Source of the DNA: Candidatus Bathyarchaeota archaeon
GTDB taxonomy: Archaea; Thermoproteota; CALKCG01; B24; DRYS01
Length of the DNA: 64,000 bases
Assembly (NCBI GenBank): GCA_018396535.1
Contig: JAGTQC010000001.1
Location: 192,001-256,000, forward strand
Direction of reading: 5' to 3'
Both the position numbers and the translations under genes were made by a program. This document shows, piece after piece, positions 9,476 to 19,589 of this stretch. Below the pieces are notes generated by a model that made no database searches, was not told the origin of the DNA, and saw nothing but the letters and a program-made list of their open reading frames with translations. Position 1 is the stretch's first letter, and each line of letters begins with the position of its first letter.

Positions 9476-10516
9476 ATGGTTAGACGTATACCTGTAGTAG
9501 ATCTACACGAGGATATAGCCTACCACTATGTTACTGGCGGTAACGGTGTATCTAAGCCTCTACCCTTCGATATGGATATCGAAGGTAGGGATGCAGATAT
9601 ACCTAAGTATCTTAGTGGGAATGTAAAGCTAGTATTCGCATCTATATTCCCGCTTATGCCTACGTTCAACCCTAAGCTAGCTTCTAAGATTTGGAGTGGG
9701 TATGGTGGTATAGAGACTGTATGCGTGAATACTGGTAGAGCTGTTAAATTGAATGTTCTAGAGCAGATTAAGGTGTATAGGAGGATGGCTAGCTCTTATG
9801 ATAGGATAATGCTAGTAGAGGAGCGGGGGGATATAGATAGGATTCTCCATACCGATAGTATAGGATTCTTGATATCGATCGAGGGGACGGAGGCTTTAGA
9901 TGATACCGATGATTTAGAGCTATTCTATAAGCTGGGTGTTAGGAGTATACAGCTTACATGGAACTATGATTGTAGAGCTGCTGCTTCGTGTATGAGTAGG
10001 AGGGATTATGGGCTTACAGGTTTTGGTGAGGAGGTTGTAGAGGAGGCTAATCGTCTAGGTATGTTGATCGATCTATCCCATGCGAGTGAGCGTACATGTA
10101 TAGAAGCTATAGAGGTATCGAAGCTACCGGTTATAGTTAGTCATGCGAATGTAGCTAGGGTTAAACCTCATCCGAGAAATCTATCTGATAAGGTTTTAGA
10201 GAAGTTGGAGTCTAATGGTGGTATCGTAGGGTTTACGTTCATCCCATCTACTATAGCAGATAAGCCATCGATCGATCGATTCGTAGATCATGTAATCTAC
10301 GTCTACGAGCATTATAGCGATGATATACTAGCTCTAGGTACAGACTACTTCGGCTTGATATACTCTAAGCCTCCAGAAGGTTTAGAGAATATATCTAGGA
10401 TCACGGTATTATGGGATAGGCTTCTCGAGAAGGGTTTATCCGAATCTTCTCTCGAAAAGCTAGCGTATAGGAATGCTCTGAGAGTATTGGATATGCATGC
10501 TCATCTTTGGAAGTGA
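9476..10516 (+). CDS. Membrane dipeptidase (peptidase M19)
   Basis: DLHED, SIEG, LTWN, DLSH, SHAN, HPRN, GTDY motifs. Confidence 0.92.
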   Translation: MVRRIPVVDLHEDIAYHYVTGGNGVSKPLPFDMDIEGRDADIPKYLSGNVKLVFASIFPLMPTFNPKLASKIWSGYGGIETVCVNTGRAVKLNVLEQIKVYRRMASSYDRIMLVEERGDIDRILHTDSIGFLISIEGTEALDDTDDLELFYKLGVRSIQLTWNYDCRAAASCMSRRDYGLTGFGEEVVEEANRLGMLIDLSHASERTCIEAIEVSKLPVIVSHANVARVKPHPRNLSDKVLEKLESNGGIVGFTFIPSTIADKPSIDRFVDHVIYVYEHYSDDILALGTDYFGLIYSKPPEGLENISRITVLWDRLLEKGLSESSLEKLAYRNALRVLDMHAHLWK

Positions 10517-10562
10517 ATATTATCCTCTCAATGTTTAATTACTACGAGTATACATCTTCAGT

Positions 10563-12176
10563 ATGGGTGTAGGTAGAAGGGTTGAGTATATGGCTGTAGA
10601 TAGCTTACCAGCTGAGCGTGATGATGGTAACGTAGAGTATAAGCTTAGGGTTACCGGTATAGGTGGGAGGGAACTTGAGAAGCTAGCTTCGCAGATGAAG
10701 TATAGGCTGGATGAGGGTGGAGGGGAGGCTTTCTATGAAATAGGTGTAGCGGATGATGGAGAGATTATAGGTCTACCTGAGGAGCAGTTGTATGAGAGTA
10801 TAGATAATCTTAGGAGGGCTGCTAGTATTATAGGAGCTAAACTTAAGATTCTGAGAATCGAGAGGGGTCGTAGAGGGTTTATCGCAGAAATCCATGTAAG
10901 ATATAGTAGGGATGATAGGTATCCGGTATTCGTAACTATACCGCTACTCGGGAATGTCGATTCGGGTAAATCTAGTTTGATAGGTGTATTGACGACGGGT
11001 GTATTGGATGATGGGAACGGCTCTGCTATGAGGAGGGTAGCCCGCTTCCTTCACGAGGTTAAGAGTGGTAGGACTTCATCGATATCCACTCATCTACTTG
11101 GTTTCGATGATAATGGTAAGCCAGTTAACTATGAGCTCTTATCACCTCTAGATGAAGCTCAGATCTTCATGAAGAGTGCTAAAATCCTCTGTTTTGTAGA
11201 TCTAGCTGGTCATGAAAGGTATCTTAGAACAACTCTTAAAGGTGTCCTGGGGCGTAAACCTGACTACGCTATCCTAACGGTAGCTGCTAACGCTGGTATA
11301 GTAGGTATGGCTAAGGAGCATCTAGGTGTAGCTATAGCTTTGAAGCTACCTGTAGTGATCGTCGTTACTAAGATAGATCTTGTAGATAGATCTAAAGTCG
11401 ATGAGACTGTATCGGATATATGTAGGCTTATCAAGATGCCTGGTGTGAACCGTATACCCTTCATCGTTAAGAGTAGGGATGATGCTGTAGTAGCTGCGAG
11501 AACTGTGACTAGCGAGAGGGTGACGCCTATATTCAAGGTATCGAATACTACTGGTGAGGGGTTAGATCTCCTCAGATTCTTCCTCGATATAATACCTCCA
11601 CGTCTAAGATGGGATGAGTATGTGAGGATGCCGTTCCTCATGTATATCGATGATAAATTCGATGTTAAGGGTGTGGGTCTAGTTGTGAGTGGGCTTACGG
11701 TTCAAGGTATGGTTAAGATTGGTGATATACTTCAGTTAGGCCCGTTTAGCGATGGATCGCTTAGACTTGTTAGGGTTAAATCTATACATGTATGTCGGAT
11801 GCCTGTCGATGAAGCATATGCTGGGCAGGATGTATGTCTAGCTATAGCTAACGTCGATTATGATGAGGTGGAGAAGGGTATGACTCTAGCTGGTGAGGGG
11901 GTGAATGTTAAGCCTGTATGGATGTTCGAATCTAGGATAACGGTTCTACATCATCCTACGACTATAAGGAGAGGGTATAATGCGACTATACACCTCCATA
12001 CGATAAGGGAGGCTGTGGAGTTCGTCGATATGGAGAGGGAGCCTTTAAGAACTGGTGATACCGCCTATGTTAAGCTTAGGTTTAAGTATAGGCCTAGATT
12101 CGTAAGGATCGGGGATAATTTCGTATTCCGTGAGGGTAGGACTAGGGGTATAGGCTATATAACATCCATACTGTAG
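10563..12176 (+). CDS. GTPBP1/GTPBP2-family translational GTPase
   Basis: N-terminal GNVEYKL...QMKYRLDEGGGEAFYEIGVADDG; G1 GNVDSGKS, HEVKSGRTSS, DLAGHERY, TKID; EF-Tu-like domains II/III ending FREGRTRGIG. Confidence 0.93.
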   Translation: MGVGRRVEYMAVDSLPAERDDGNVEYKLRVTGIGGRELEKLASQMKYRLDEGGGEAFYEIGVADDGEIIGLPEEQLYESIDNLRRAASIIGAKLKILRIERGRRGFIAEIHVRYSRDDRYPVFVTIPLLGNVDSGKSSLIGVLTTGVLDDGNGSAMRRVARFLHEVKSGRTSSISTHLLGFDDNGKPVNYELLSPLDEAQIFMKSAKILCFVDLAGHERYLRTTLKGVLGRKPDYAILTVAANAGIVGMAKEHLGVAIALKLPVVIVVTKIDLVDRSKVDETVSDICRLIKMPGVNRIPFIVKSRDDAVVAARTVTSERVTPIFKVSNTTGEGLDLLRFFLDIIPPRLRWDEYVRMPFLMYIDDKFDVKGVGLVVSGLTVQGMVKIGDILQLGPFSDGSLRLVRVKSIHVCRMPVDEAYAGQDVCLAIANVDYDEVEKGMTLAGEGVNVKPVWMFESRITVLHHPTTIRRGYNATIHLHTIREAVEFVDMEREPLRTGDTAYVKLRFKYRPRFVRIGDNFVFREGRTRGIGYITSIL

Positions 12177-12232
12177 ATAGTCTTAATTAGGCTATACCTG
12201 CTTCTAGATCCTTTAATCGGGGGGTGTGGTAG

Positions 12233-13069
12233 TTGAGGGTATACATTATGACAGATATGGAGGGGGCGACTTGTATAGTTAGACCAGAACAGGCTGGTTG
12301 GGATGGGTATACAGGGTTAGAGTATCAGGAGGCTCGTAGGATGCTTACTAGCGATGTGAACGCGGCGGTGGAGGGTGCTATTCAGGGTGGAGCTGATGAA
12401 GTCTACGTGGATGATCTCCATGGTGGTGGAGGAGCTTGGAATATAGTACCGGATCTGATGCATCCTAAAGCGGTCTATATACGTACCGATCACGAGTCTA
12501 GGCTTAGATTATCCCTACTCGATAGAGGCTTTGATTGCGTATTCCTGGTAGCCTACCATGCTATGGCTGGTAATCCTAAAGCCGTACTTTCCCATACATT
12601 CTCGTCTAGATCGATATATAGGGTTTCTGTAAACGGTGTCGAAGTTGGGGAGATATCTGTAGATTCAGCTATAGCTGGATCTCTAGGTGTACCGGTCGTA
12701 TTGGTGACTGGTTGTAGCGAAGCTGTAGCTGAAGCTAGGAGGTTTCTAGGCGGGGTGGAGGCTGTTGTGGTTAAGTATGGTTTAGCTCGTACATCAGCGT
12801 ATTGTCTACCATCTGGGAGGACTTCTGAGCTTATAAGAGAGGCTGCTAGGAGGGCTGTGGAGAATCTAGCTAGGGATAGGGGGGCTTATAGCGTATTCAG
12901 GTTCAGCGAGCCTGTAAGAGTTTTGGTTGAGTATATGCATCCTAACTATGCGGATAGGATGAAGGGTGTGTACGGCGTCGAGAGGGTTGGATCGAGGGAG
13001 ATTCTCTGTAAGACTGATAGGTTTATCGATGCTGCTAGGATGCTCGGCTGGGCTGGATCAACCCTCTAG
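12233..13069 (+). CDS. D-aminopeptidase DppA family (peptidase M55)
   Basis: DMEG, DLHG, YHAMAG, LSHT, GE motifs. Confidence 0.92.
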   Translation: MRVYIMTDMEGATCIVRPEQAGWDGYTGLEYQEARRMLTSDVNAAVEGAIQGGADEVYVDDLHGGGGAWNIVPDLMHPKAVYIRTDHESRLRLSLLDRGFDCVFLVAYHAMAGNPKAVLSHTFSSRSIYRVSVNGVEVGEISVDSAIAGSLGVPVVLVTGCSEAVAEARRFLGGVEAVVVKYGLARTSAYCLPSGRTSELIREAARRAVENLARDRGAYSVFRFSEPVRVLVEYMHPNYADRMKGVYGVERVGSREILCKTDRFIDAARMLGWAGSTL

Positions 13070-13608
13070 AGTTGTATGAAGCCTCTACTACGCATAGCTT
13101 CTATTATAGCTTCTACACATGATTCTGGATCGTTTACAGCTGTATTAAGCTTTAGATCTGGGTTTAAGGGTTCCTCGTATGGGACCTGTACTCCTGGTAG
13201 GGTTTCTATACTTCCTTCTAGAGCCATCCTGTATAACCCCTTCCTATCCCTAGCTATACATACCTCTAGCGGGCATTCTAGGTATACCTCCATGAATCTA
13301 CCTATCATCCTCCTAGCTTCATCCCTATACCTCCTCTTATTAGCTGTAGCATCGAAGATTACGTTAACACCGTTTCTAACTAGGAGCCATCCTATGTACG
13401 TTATAGCTCTATAGAAGTTATCCCTCTCCTCCTCTGTGTATTTTGGATTGGGTGTTAAGATTCTTCTAAGCTCATCTGATTCGAGTATCTGTGTATTGAT
13501 ACCGATTCTACGCAGCCTATCTGATAGCATCCTAGCTATAGTTGATTTACCACTTGATGGTAGACCTGTAATCCATACAGCCCATCCCTCACCCAACGAT
13601 ACCACCAT
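13066..13608 (-). CDS. Adenylyl-sulfate kinase-like (CysC-like) P-loop kinase
   Basis: WITGLPSSGKST, RDRKGLY, PYEEP; LESD instead of the canonical LDGD. Confidence 0.8.
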   Translation of the reverse strand: MVVSLGEGWAVWITGLPSSGKSTIARMLSDRLRRIGINTQILESDELRRILTPNPKYTEEERDNFYRAITYIGWLLVRNGVNVIFDATANKRRYRDEARRMIGRFMEVYLECPLEVCIARDRKGLYRMALEGSIETLPGVQVPYEEPLNPDLKLNTAVNDPESCVEAIIEAMRSRGFIQL

Positions 13609-13716
13609 AGTATATATGGGATGCTAGCTATCTTAAACCTACCGTATCTTCCAATATGGATTTTACGATCAAAGTGATATAGGGGTTTTAGTATATAGTA
13701 AGCTTATGGTGATCTT

Positions 13717-13983
13717 ATGCCGTATATAAAGCCTGAGAGAAGGCCTCCTCTGGATAGGATCGTAGATGAGGTGGTAGATGTATTGGCGGGTACGCCGAGC
13801 CAGGAGTGGGATGGACAGTTGAACTATCTTATAACTAGGATATTGAAGAGGCTTTATGAGCCATCATACCTTAACTATGAGAGGGTTATGGGTCTTCTCT
13901 CCTGTATCCAGCATGAATTCTATAGGAGGTTTATAGCATCCTATGAGGATCGGAAGATCGTAGAGTATGGCGATATCTGTTAG
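13717..13983 (+). CDS. Small helical conserved protein (DUF6899-like)
   Basis: MPYIK..R, GQLNY.IT, Y..Y...MG.L.C...EFYRR....YED.KI..YGD pattern. Confidence 0.75.
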   Translation: MPYIKPERRPPLDRIVDEVVDVLAGTPSQEWDGQLNYLITRILKRLYEPSYLNYERVMGLLSCIQHEFYRRFIASYEDRKIVEYGDIC

Positions 13984-14037
13984 AGTATGGATTGATGCTG
14001 GAGGTCTGGTAACGGCTATGCTATAGGTAGGGTTAGC

Positions 14038-15174
14038 CTATCCTTTATCTCTAAGGTATTCATCGACTTCTCTAGGATTGAACTCTTCTATCGATAGTGT
14101 ATTCTCTATGAAGTTTAGTATAGCTTTCCTCTTCCAATCCTCCATCTCCGGGTAGTATAGGGGGTGTACGACTACTAGTCCTCTAAAGCAGTAGAATGGT
14201 TGTATAACTCTCAGTATTTCTGTATCCCCTGTTTCACGTATGTATGCTTCGAATAGTTCTTCGAATAGTATTCTGAATGGCTGTGTATATGATCCATGCT
14301 TCCATATCGATATGAATAGGTAGTTTATAGTTAGAGCTGAGAGATCGTCTGCTGGTTCACCATATTCTTCACGCGAGTATTCTAGGATTACTGGTTGATC
14401 ATCGCTTCTAAACCTTATGTTTCCGAAGGGGTGGAAGTCACCGTGTATCCTGGATGCTCTATGCGTGTATCGTCTAAGCTTATACCTCCATTCGATCATC
14501 TTCTTCTCTAACTTTATGAGTCTATCTTCATCTATCCATCCTAGCTTAGCTAGATCTGGGTATGAATCTACTACCCCCATAAACATCTCTCCATGGCCTA
14601 CTAGATCTCTTATATGTCTCAGGTATAGGTTGCGGTTTTCGATCTTAACCCTATGGAGTATGGATAGATGTGATGCTAGTATCCTACACCTACGTATATC
14701 TCTATCTGTTATAGTGTTTCTCGAAGCTATATCGAATAGATCGTATACGTATGGTCTACCATAATCCTCTGTAACTTCATCCATAACGTGTATGAATTCT
14801 ACTGCATCACCTATCGATTCTACGCTACCATCTGGTAGGAGGCATAGGACGTCTATAGAGGATATCTGTGATGGTAGGGGTGAGCTCTTATACAGGTTGT
14901 GTTGTAGTAGTAGTGATGCAGCTCTATCTGATACGTAATCGTGACCCCAGCCTGTATCTCCACGCATAATTCTGAGGACGAGGCTCCTCTCCACACCGTC
15001 TATATTCAACCTAATCCTATAAGCTACTGCATGGAAGCCTTCACCTAGCTTCTCATATCCGATAATCTTAGTAGGCTTCGATAACCTCTTCGATAGGAGG
15101 GTTTCCAACGATACTTTATCTATGAATATCTCCTTCGAACCTACTCTTATATTCATTCTGCTCACATATATCAT
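14038..15174 (-). CDS. Aminoglycoside phosphotransferase (APH/kinase-like) family protein
   Basis: LGEGFH Gly-loop, HGDFHPFGNI Brenner motif, GEPADD. Confidence 0.85.
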   Translation of the reverse strand: MIYVSRMNIRVGSKEIFIDKVSLETLLSKRLSKPTKIIGYEKLGEGFHAVAYRIRLNIDGVERSLVLRIMRGDTGWGHDYVSDRAASLLLQHNLYKSSPLPSQISSIDVLCLLPDGSVESIGDAVEFIHVMDEVTEDYGRPYVYDLFDIASRNTITDRDIRRCRILASHLSILHRVKIENRNLYLRHIRDLVGHGEMFMGVVDSYPDLAKLGWIDEDRLIKLEKKMIEWRYKLRRYTHRASRIHGDFHPFGNIRFRSDDQPVILEYSREEYGEPADDLSALTINYLFISIWKHGSYTQPFRILFEELFEAYIRETGDTEILRVIQPFYCFRGLVVVHPLYYPEMEDWKRKAILNFIENTLSIEEFNPREVDEYLRDKG

Positions 15175-15223
15175 CTAATATATCTTCGTAGATATAACTA
15201 TGATATGATCCGTGTGTAGGGTT

Positions 15224-16684
15224 TCAGTATCCCCCTTCTATACGCCATATAGTTTTACCTGGTAGATCTTCGAGCTTCACGCCTATTAACGCTAATCTCC
15301 TTCTTATCTCATCTGCCGTAGCGTAATCCTTCCTCCTCCTAGCTTCATTCCTGATATCGATTATTATATCGATTAGAGCTTCTACTAGTTTACTCGAAGC
15401 CTCTCTTCTTGGAGGGGTATCTGGTAAGCCTAGTATTCTAAGCTTACTCTTAAGTATGGATTCAGCTTCGTTTAGTATAGGTTTATTGATGCTAGGTAGG
15501 TCTACTAGCTTGTTGATTGTTCTAGATATCTCGAATAGGAAGCTTAATGCTTCAGCTGTATTGAAATCGTCATCCATAGATTCATCGAAGCTGTTCGATA
15601 ACCTATATAGTTCGCTTAGTATCTGCCTCTCTTCTGATGATGCTGGTTTATCTGAAGCCTTCTCTATCTTAGCCTCCTCTATTCTAGCAAGGCTATTCAT
15701 AAGCCTCTTCATATTGGATTCGGCTTCGTTCAGCTTCTCTTCGCGATAATCTAGCGTACTTCTATAGTGTGCTGATAGTATGAATAGCCTAACCGCTGCT
15801 GGACTATACTTTTCGAGTATATCTCTAACTCTGATATAGTTTCCTAGACTTTTAGCCATCTTCTCACCGTTCACGGTTAGTAATCCTGTATGCATCCAGT
15901 ATTTTACGAATGGTTTTCTACCTGTTAACGCTTCTGCTTGAGCTATTTCATTTTCGTGATGGGGGAATATGAGATCTACTGCTCCACCATGTATATCTAT
16001 CTGTTCTCCCAGGTATTTCATAGCCATAACGGTGCATTCTATATGCCATCCTGGGAAACCGTATCCCCATGGGCTAACCCATTTAAGCGGGTAGTCTATG
16101 CTAGCCTTCTTCCATAGAGCGAAGTCTCTTGGATCCCTCTTCCCAGGATGCACATCGATTCTAGCTCCAGCTATCATCTCCTCGATTCTAACCCTGGATA
16201 GCTTACCGTAGTCTGTGAATTTAGATACATCGAAGAATACGTTTCCATCAACCTCGTATGCGTAGCCCTTCTCTATAAGCTGTTTTATAGCTTCTATCAT
16301 ATCGATTATATGACCTGTAGCTCTAGGCGATATATCCGGTCTCCTAACACCTAGAGCATCCATATCCCTGAAGTATTCACGCATATAGAATTCTACTAGA
16401 GCCATAGGCTCCACCCTCTCTCTCAAAGCTCTACCTACAACCTTATCCTCCCCAGCTTCTGTTAGATGACCTACATCCGTTATATTCTGTACATAGAATA
16501 CTCTATAACCCCTATACTCCAGCCACCTGATTATAGCATCGAAGGCTACGTATGTTCTAGCATGACCTAGATGAGTCCAATCGTAGACTGTAGGTCCACA
16601 TACATATATGCCAACCCATCCCTCATGCAGCGGTTTGAAATCCTCCTTAACCCTACTAAGCGAATTATACACTCTAATAGCCAT
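15224..16684 (-). CDS. cysS: Cysteine--tRNA ligase
   Basis: CGPTVY, HLGH, DFALWK, PGWHIEC, DIHGG, FPHHENE, KMAKS, DDDFNT. Confidence 0.98.
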   Translation of the reverse strand: MAIRVYNSLSRVKEDFKPLHEGWVGIYVCGPTVYDWTHLGHARTYVAFDAIIRWLEYRGYRVFYVQNITDVGHLTEAGEDKVVGRALRERVEPMALVEFYMREYFRDMDALGVRRPDISPRATGHIIDMIEAIKQLIEKGYAYEVDGNVFFDVSKFTDYGKLSRVRIEEMIAGARIDVHPGKRDPRDFALWKKASIDYPLKWVSPWGYGFPGWHIECTVMAMKYLGEQIDIHGGAVDLIFPHHENEIAQAEALTGRKPFVKYWMHTGLLTVNGEKMAKSLGNYIRVRDILEKYSPAAVRLFILSAHYRSTLDYREEKLNEAESNMKRLMNSLARIEEAKIEKASDKPASSEERQILSELYRLSNSFDESMDDDFNTAEALSFLFEISRTINKLVDLPSINKPILNEAESILKSKLRILGLPDTPPRREASSKLVEALIDIIIDIRNEARRRKDYATADEIRRRLALIGVKLEDLPGKTIWRIEGGY

Positions 16685-16948
16685 CGAGCAAAATGGATAG
16701 TGTACAGGAAGGATTTAAACACTATGATCCACAGATACAGAAGTTAACCCATAACCTAAGAGATATTAAGCACCATATATTCAACCCTAAACCCTGGATA
16801 ATCTAGGTAACCTCTCAACGATCATACATCGATAAACCCTAGCATATCTATGGATACATCATGGTGGAAACAATACCGGATAGCATGGATAAATAGGGTA
16901 GGGGTTATACTAACACCTCAACCATATCCATATATGGAATCGTATATA

Positions 16949-17036
16949 CGCCGGGGGTGGGATTTGAACCCACGAGGGGCATACGCCCCACAGGCTCTCA
17001 AGGCCTGCGCGTTAGTCCAGACTCCGCAACCCCGGC
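16949..17036 (-). tRNA. tRNA-Ser(UGA), long variable arm, no intron, CCA not encoded
   Basis: GCCGGGG/CCCCGGC acceptor stem; CAGGC-CTTGAGA-GCCTG anticodon arm; GGTTCAAATCC T-arm; G73. Confidence 0.96.
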
Positions 17037-17106
17037 TTACAGGAATCATAAGAGAGTAGAGCTAACTCTCCTCTATAAGGGTTTCACGTATGGAGCTTGA
17101 TTAAAC

Positions 17107-17652
17107 CTAACTCCCTTCTACATGCCTCCTATACATCTCTACAGCTTTCTCTACAGCTTCCTCTGCTTTATCCACATCTAGCCAACCCTCTACCTTAACC
17201 CATTTACCAGGTTCAAGCTCCTTATAATGTTCGAAGAAATGCTCTATCTCTCTAATTATTGCTTCAGGTATATCTTTAAGACATCTTATACTTGATAACC
17301 TTGGATCCACATCCTCAGTCGGTACGGCTATAAGCTTCTCATCCCTACCCTTCTCATCCTTCATAAGCATTAAGGCTACAGGTCTAGCTTTAACCAATAC
17401 ACCTGGGTTTAGAGGCTGTGATGTTATCAATAGGCAATCCAACGGATCCCCATCCTCGCATAGGGTTCCAGGTATGAAGCCGTAATCGCATGGGTATGCC
17501 ATAGATGTGAATAGAACTCTATCTAAGACTAGTAATCCAGTCTCCTTATCTATCTCATACTTATTCTTAGATCCTCTAGGAACCTCTACAAGTATATAGA
17601 CTTCCTTAGGAAGCCTACCTTCAGGTCCAGGTTTGAGTTTAGATATCCACAT
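17107..17652 (-). CDS. ppa: Inorganic pyrophosphatase (family I)
   Basis: KYEIDK, DR, YPCDYGFIPGT, DGDPLD, HFFEHYKELE.GKW. Confidence 0.97.
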   Translation of the reverse strand: MWISKLKPGPEGRLPKEVYILVEVPRGSKNKYEIDKETGLLVLDRVLFTSMAYPCDYGFIPGTLCEDGDPLDCLLITSQPLNPGVLVKARPVALMLMKDEKGRDEKLIAVPTEDVDPRLSSIRCLKDIPEAIIREIEHFFEHYKELEPGKWVKVEGWLDVDKAEEAVEKAVEMYRRHVEGS

Positions 17653-17662
17653 ACTACGCCAC

Positions 17663-18136
17663 CTATACCTTAGATAGAGCTTCTAGGATCATCTTCTTAA
17701 ACTCTTCTGTAAGCGATAGAAACTCCTCATCCCCAGCTAACCTATCCATAGTAACCTTCTGAGCTATAGCTTCAACCTCATTCTCACCGAACTTACTTAT
17801 AGCATAACCGATATTACACTCCTTCAAGAATCTTTCGAGAGCTCTACCTGCTAGAGCGTTGGAGACCGCATCTGCTAGAGTCTTCCTAATCATAGCTTCC
17901 TCACCGTATACATTCATTATCGCATAAACTACGATATCGGTGGCGAGGGAGAAGAGTATAGATGAGGATAGATCATCTATAAGCTCCTCTATACGCTTAG
18001 GATCTATACTAAGACGTTTAACCTCTCTACTCATAGAGGAGATAGCATCACTCCTAGCTCTAGGATCTAGGAGAGCTTCTCTTATAGACTTCTTTAAACT
18101 CCTATGTAGTAGCTCTTCAAAATACTCCTTACTCAT
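17663..18136 (-). CDS. Hypothetical helical protein, co-oriented with ppa
   Basis: 157-aa ORF with normal spacing in an operon-like run. Confidence 0.65.
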   Translation of the reverse strand: MSKEYFEELLHRSLKKSIREALLDPRARSDAISSMSREVKRLSIDPKRIEELIDDLSSSILFSLATDIVVYAIMNVYGEEAMIRKTLADAVSNALAGRALERFLKECNIGYAISKFGENEVEAIAQKVTMDRLAGDEEFLSLTEEFKKMILEALSKV

Positions 18137-18190
18137 CGAGTATACCTCCGATAGATGATCTTATACCAGCTAGATTATAGCCATACGATG

Positions 18191-18511
18191 CTACCAGTAT
18201 ACAGTCTCAGTCTTAATACCGTTTAAAACAGCTTCAGTCTCATCTGGTTCAAGCGTCTTTCTAACACCTAGTTTGAAATGCCAATCGAAGCATGCATACC
18301 TTACAAGCTTAACACGCATACCCCTAAGATGTTCAGGTAGCTTTTCATCAGGAGTTCTCTTACTAAAACCTGTAATCCTAACAGTATAGATAACCTTCTC
18401 CCACTCCAACCCCTCCTCATCCCTAATCTTCTCACCAGTACGATCGATAGCTTCGACAACTCCTTGAAGCTTCCTAATACTCTTAGTAGACATGACACTC
18501 CGACCGATCAA
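18191..18511 (-). CDS. Hypothetical beta-rich small protein
   Basis: About 100-aa ORF, charged, protein-like composition; start may be the ATG at 18493. Confidence 0.65.
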   Translation of the reverse strand: MIGRSVMSTKSIRKLQGVVEAIDRTGEKIRDEEGLEWEKVIYTVRITGFSKRTPDEKLPEHLRGMRVKLVRYACFDWHFKLGVRKTLEPDETEAVLNGIKTETVYW

Positions 18512-18578
18512 TATAACTTAGAGTATCGAGATAAAAGACTTTCCCCCCTCTAGGAGTCTAAACCTACGTATACCTCTA

Positions 18579-19589
18579 CTAAACGTATCGGAGATTGTCG
18601 ATAGCTATGCGTGGGCATAGAGGATCCACCTCGTCGAGTAGACCTGTCGTAGCGTATGCTCTAGCAATGCATCCACCGCGGCAGCGGCTAGATATACTAC
18701 AATCTCTACATCGATCAGGTATCCTCTTAGAGATCTTCTTAACTAGCGGATGCGATATATACTCACTCCACGCTTTAACAACACCTATACTAACATCAGA
18801 TACCCCTATCCTTAATGTATCGCATATAGGGATAGATCCATCTGGTAGGATATCCATAGATGATGCTATCGTACATGCACCTATACGGAAGTATCTACCT
18901 GAACCTATCCTCATAGCGAATGGCGTACACCATATCGAGGTATGGAAGCCTAGAGAGTATGCTTTATCACGTAGGGATGTTAGAGCTGAGAATAGCCTAC
19001 CTGGATCTGGTAGTAGCGAATATACTCTACTCGCTCGTCCTACAGGGATTATAGGTATGAACGCAGCATACCTAGAACCTAGATTACAGGAGAATTCCAG
19101 TATCGATGGAAGCTTATCTACATTAACATCGCTGATAGTTGTTACGGTAGCAAATTCTAAACCCATATCGTAGGCTATCTTCAACCCTCTAACTACAGCA
19201 TCCCAGCTTCCGATACCTCTATAAGCTTCATGTACTAGTTTATCAGCGCCATCAAGACTCGTAAATAGGAATATACCTAGATCGCTGAATAGCTTTGCAT
19301 AACCTACATCGAATAGCTTCATATTAGATTGAATAGAAACCTCAAGCCCCCCATCCCTTAGTATTTTCAAAACATCCCTTAGTGGAGGCCATAGTAGAGG
19401 TTCACCACCAGTTATCCCTACAGATCTAGATGCTAACTCTACTAATCCTTCAGCAGTCTTGATAGCTTCTTCATGATCGAACTCCCCTCTTAGATCACTA
19501 GTATAGCAGTAGCTACAATGTATATTACAACGTGAGGTTACTAACCATATAACGAAGCTGGGTGTAGATGCCATATAAGATCCCTCCAT
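18579..19589 (-). CDS. Radical SAM protein with SPASM domain
   Basis: CNIHCSYC, TGGEP, SLDG; C-terminal C...C and CRDC.....CRGGC.ARA...DPLC. Confidence 0.93.
   Translation of the reverse strand: MEGSYMASTPSFVIWLVTSRCNIHCSYCYTSDLRGEFDHEEAIKTAEGLVELASRSVGITGGEPLLWPPLRDVLKILRDGGLEVSIQSNMKLFDVGYAKLFSDLGIFLFTSLDGADKLVHEAYRGIGSWDAVVRGLKIAYDMGLEFATVTTISDVNVDKLPSILEFSCNLGSRYAAFIPIIPVGRASRVYSLLPDPGRLFSALTSLRDKAYSLGFHTSIWCTPFAMRIGSGRYFRIGACTIASSMDILPDGSIPICDTLRIGVSDVSIGVVKAWSEYISHPLVKKISKRIPDRCRDCSISSRCRGGCIARAYATTGLLDEVDPLCPRIAIDNLRYV

Noticed and set aside
16849-16933. Imperfect inverted repeat (TATGGAT...ATCCATA) beside the tRNA-Ser 3' end as a MITE
   Set aside because: Short, AT-rich, no target-site duplication or second copy seen
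16850-17059. 69-aa ORF
   Set aside because: Antisense overlap of tRNA-Ser(UGA); spurious
17107-17652. Linking ppa (a fluoride-sensitive enzyme) to the fluoride riboswitch
   Set aside because: About 7 kb away, on the opposite strand and in a separate unit; no aptamer upstream of it
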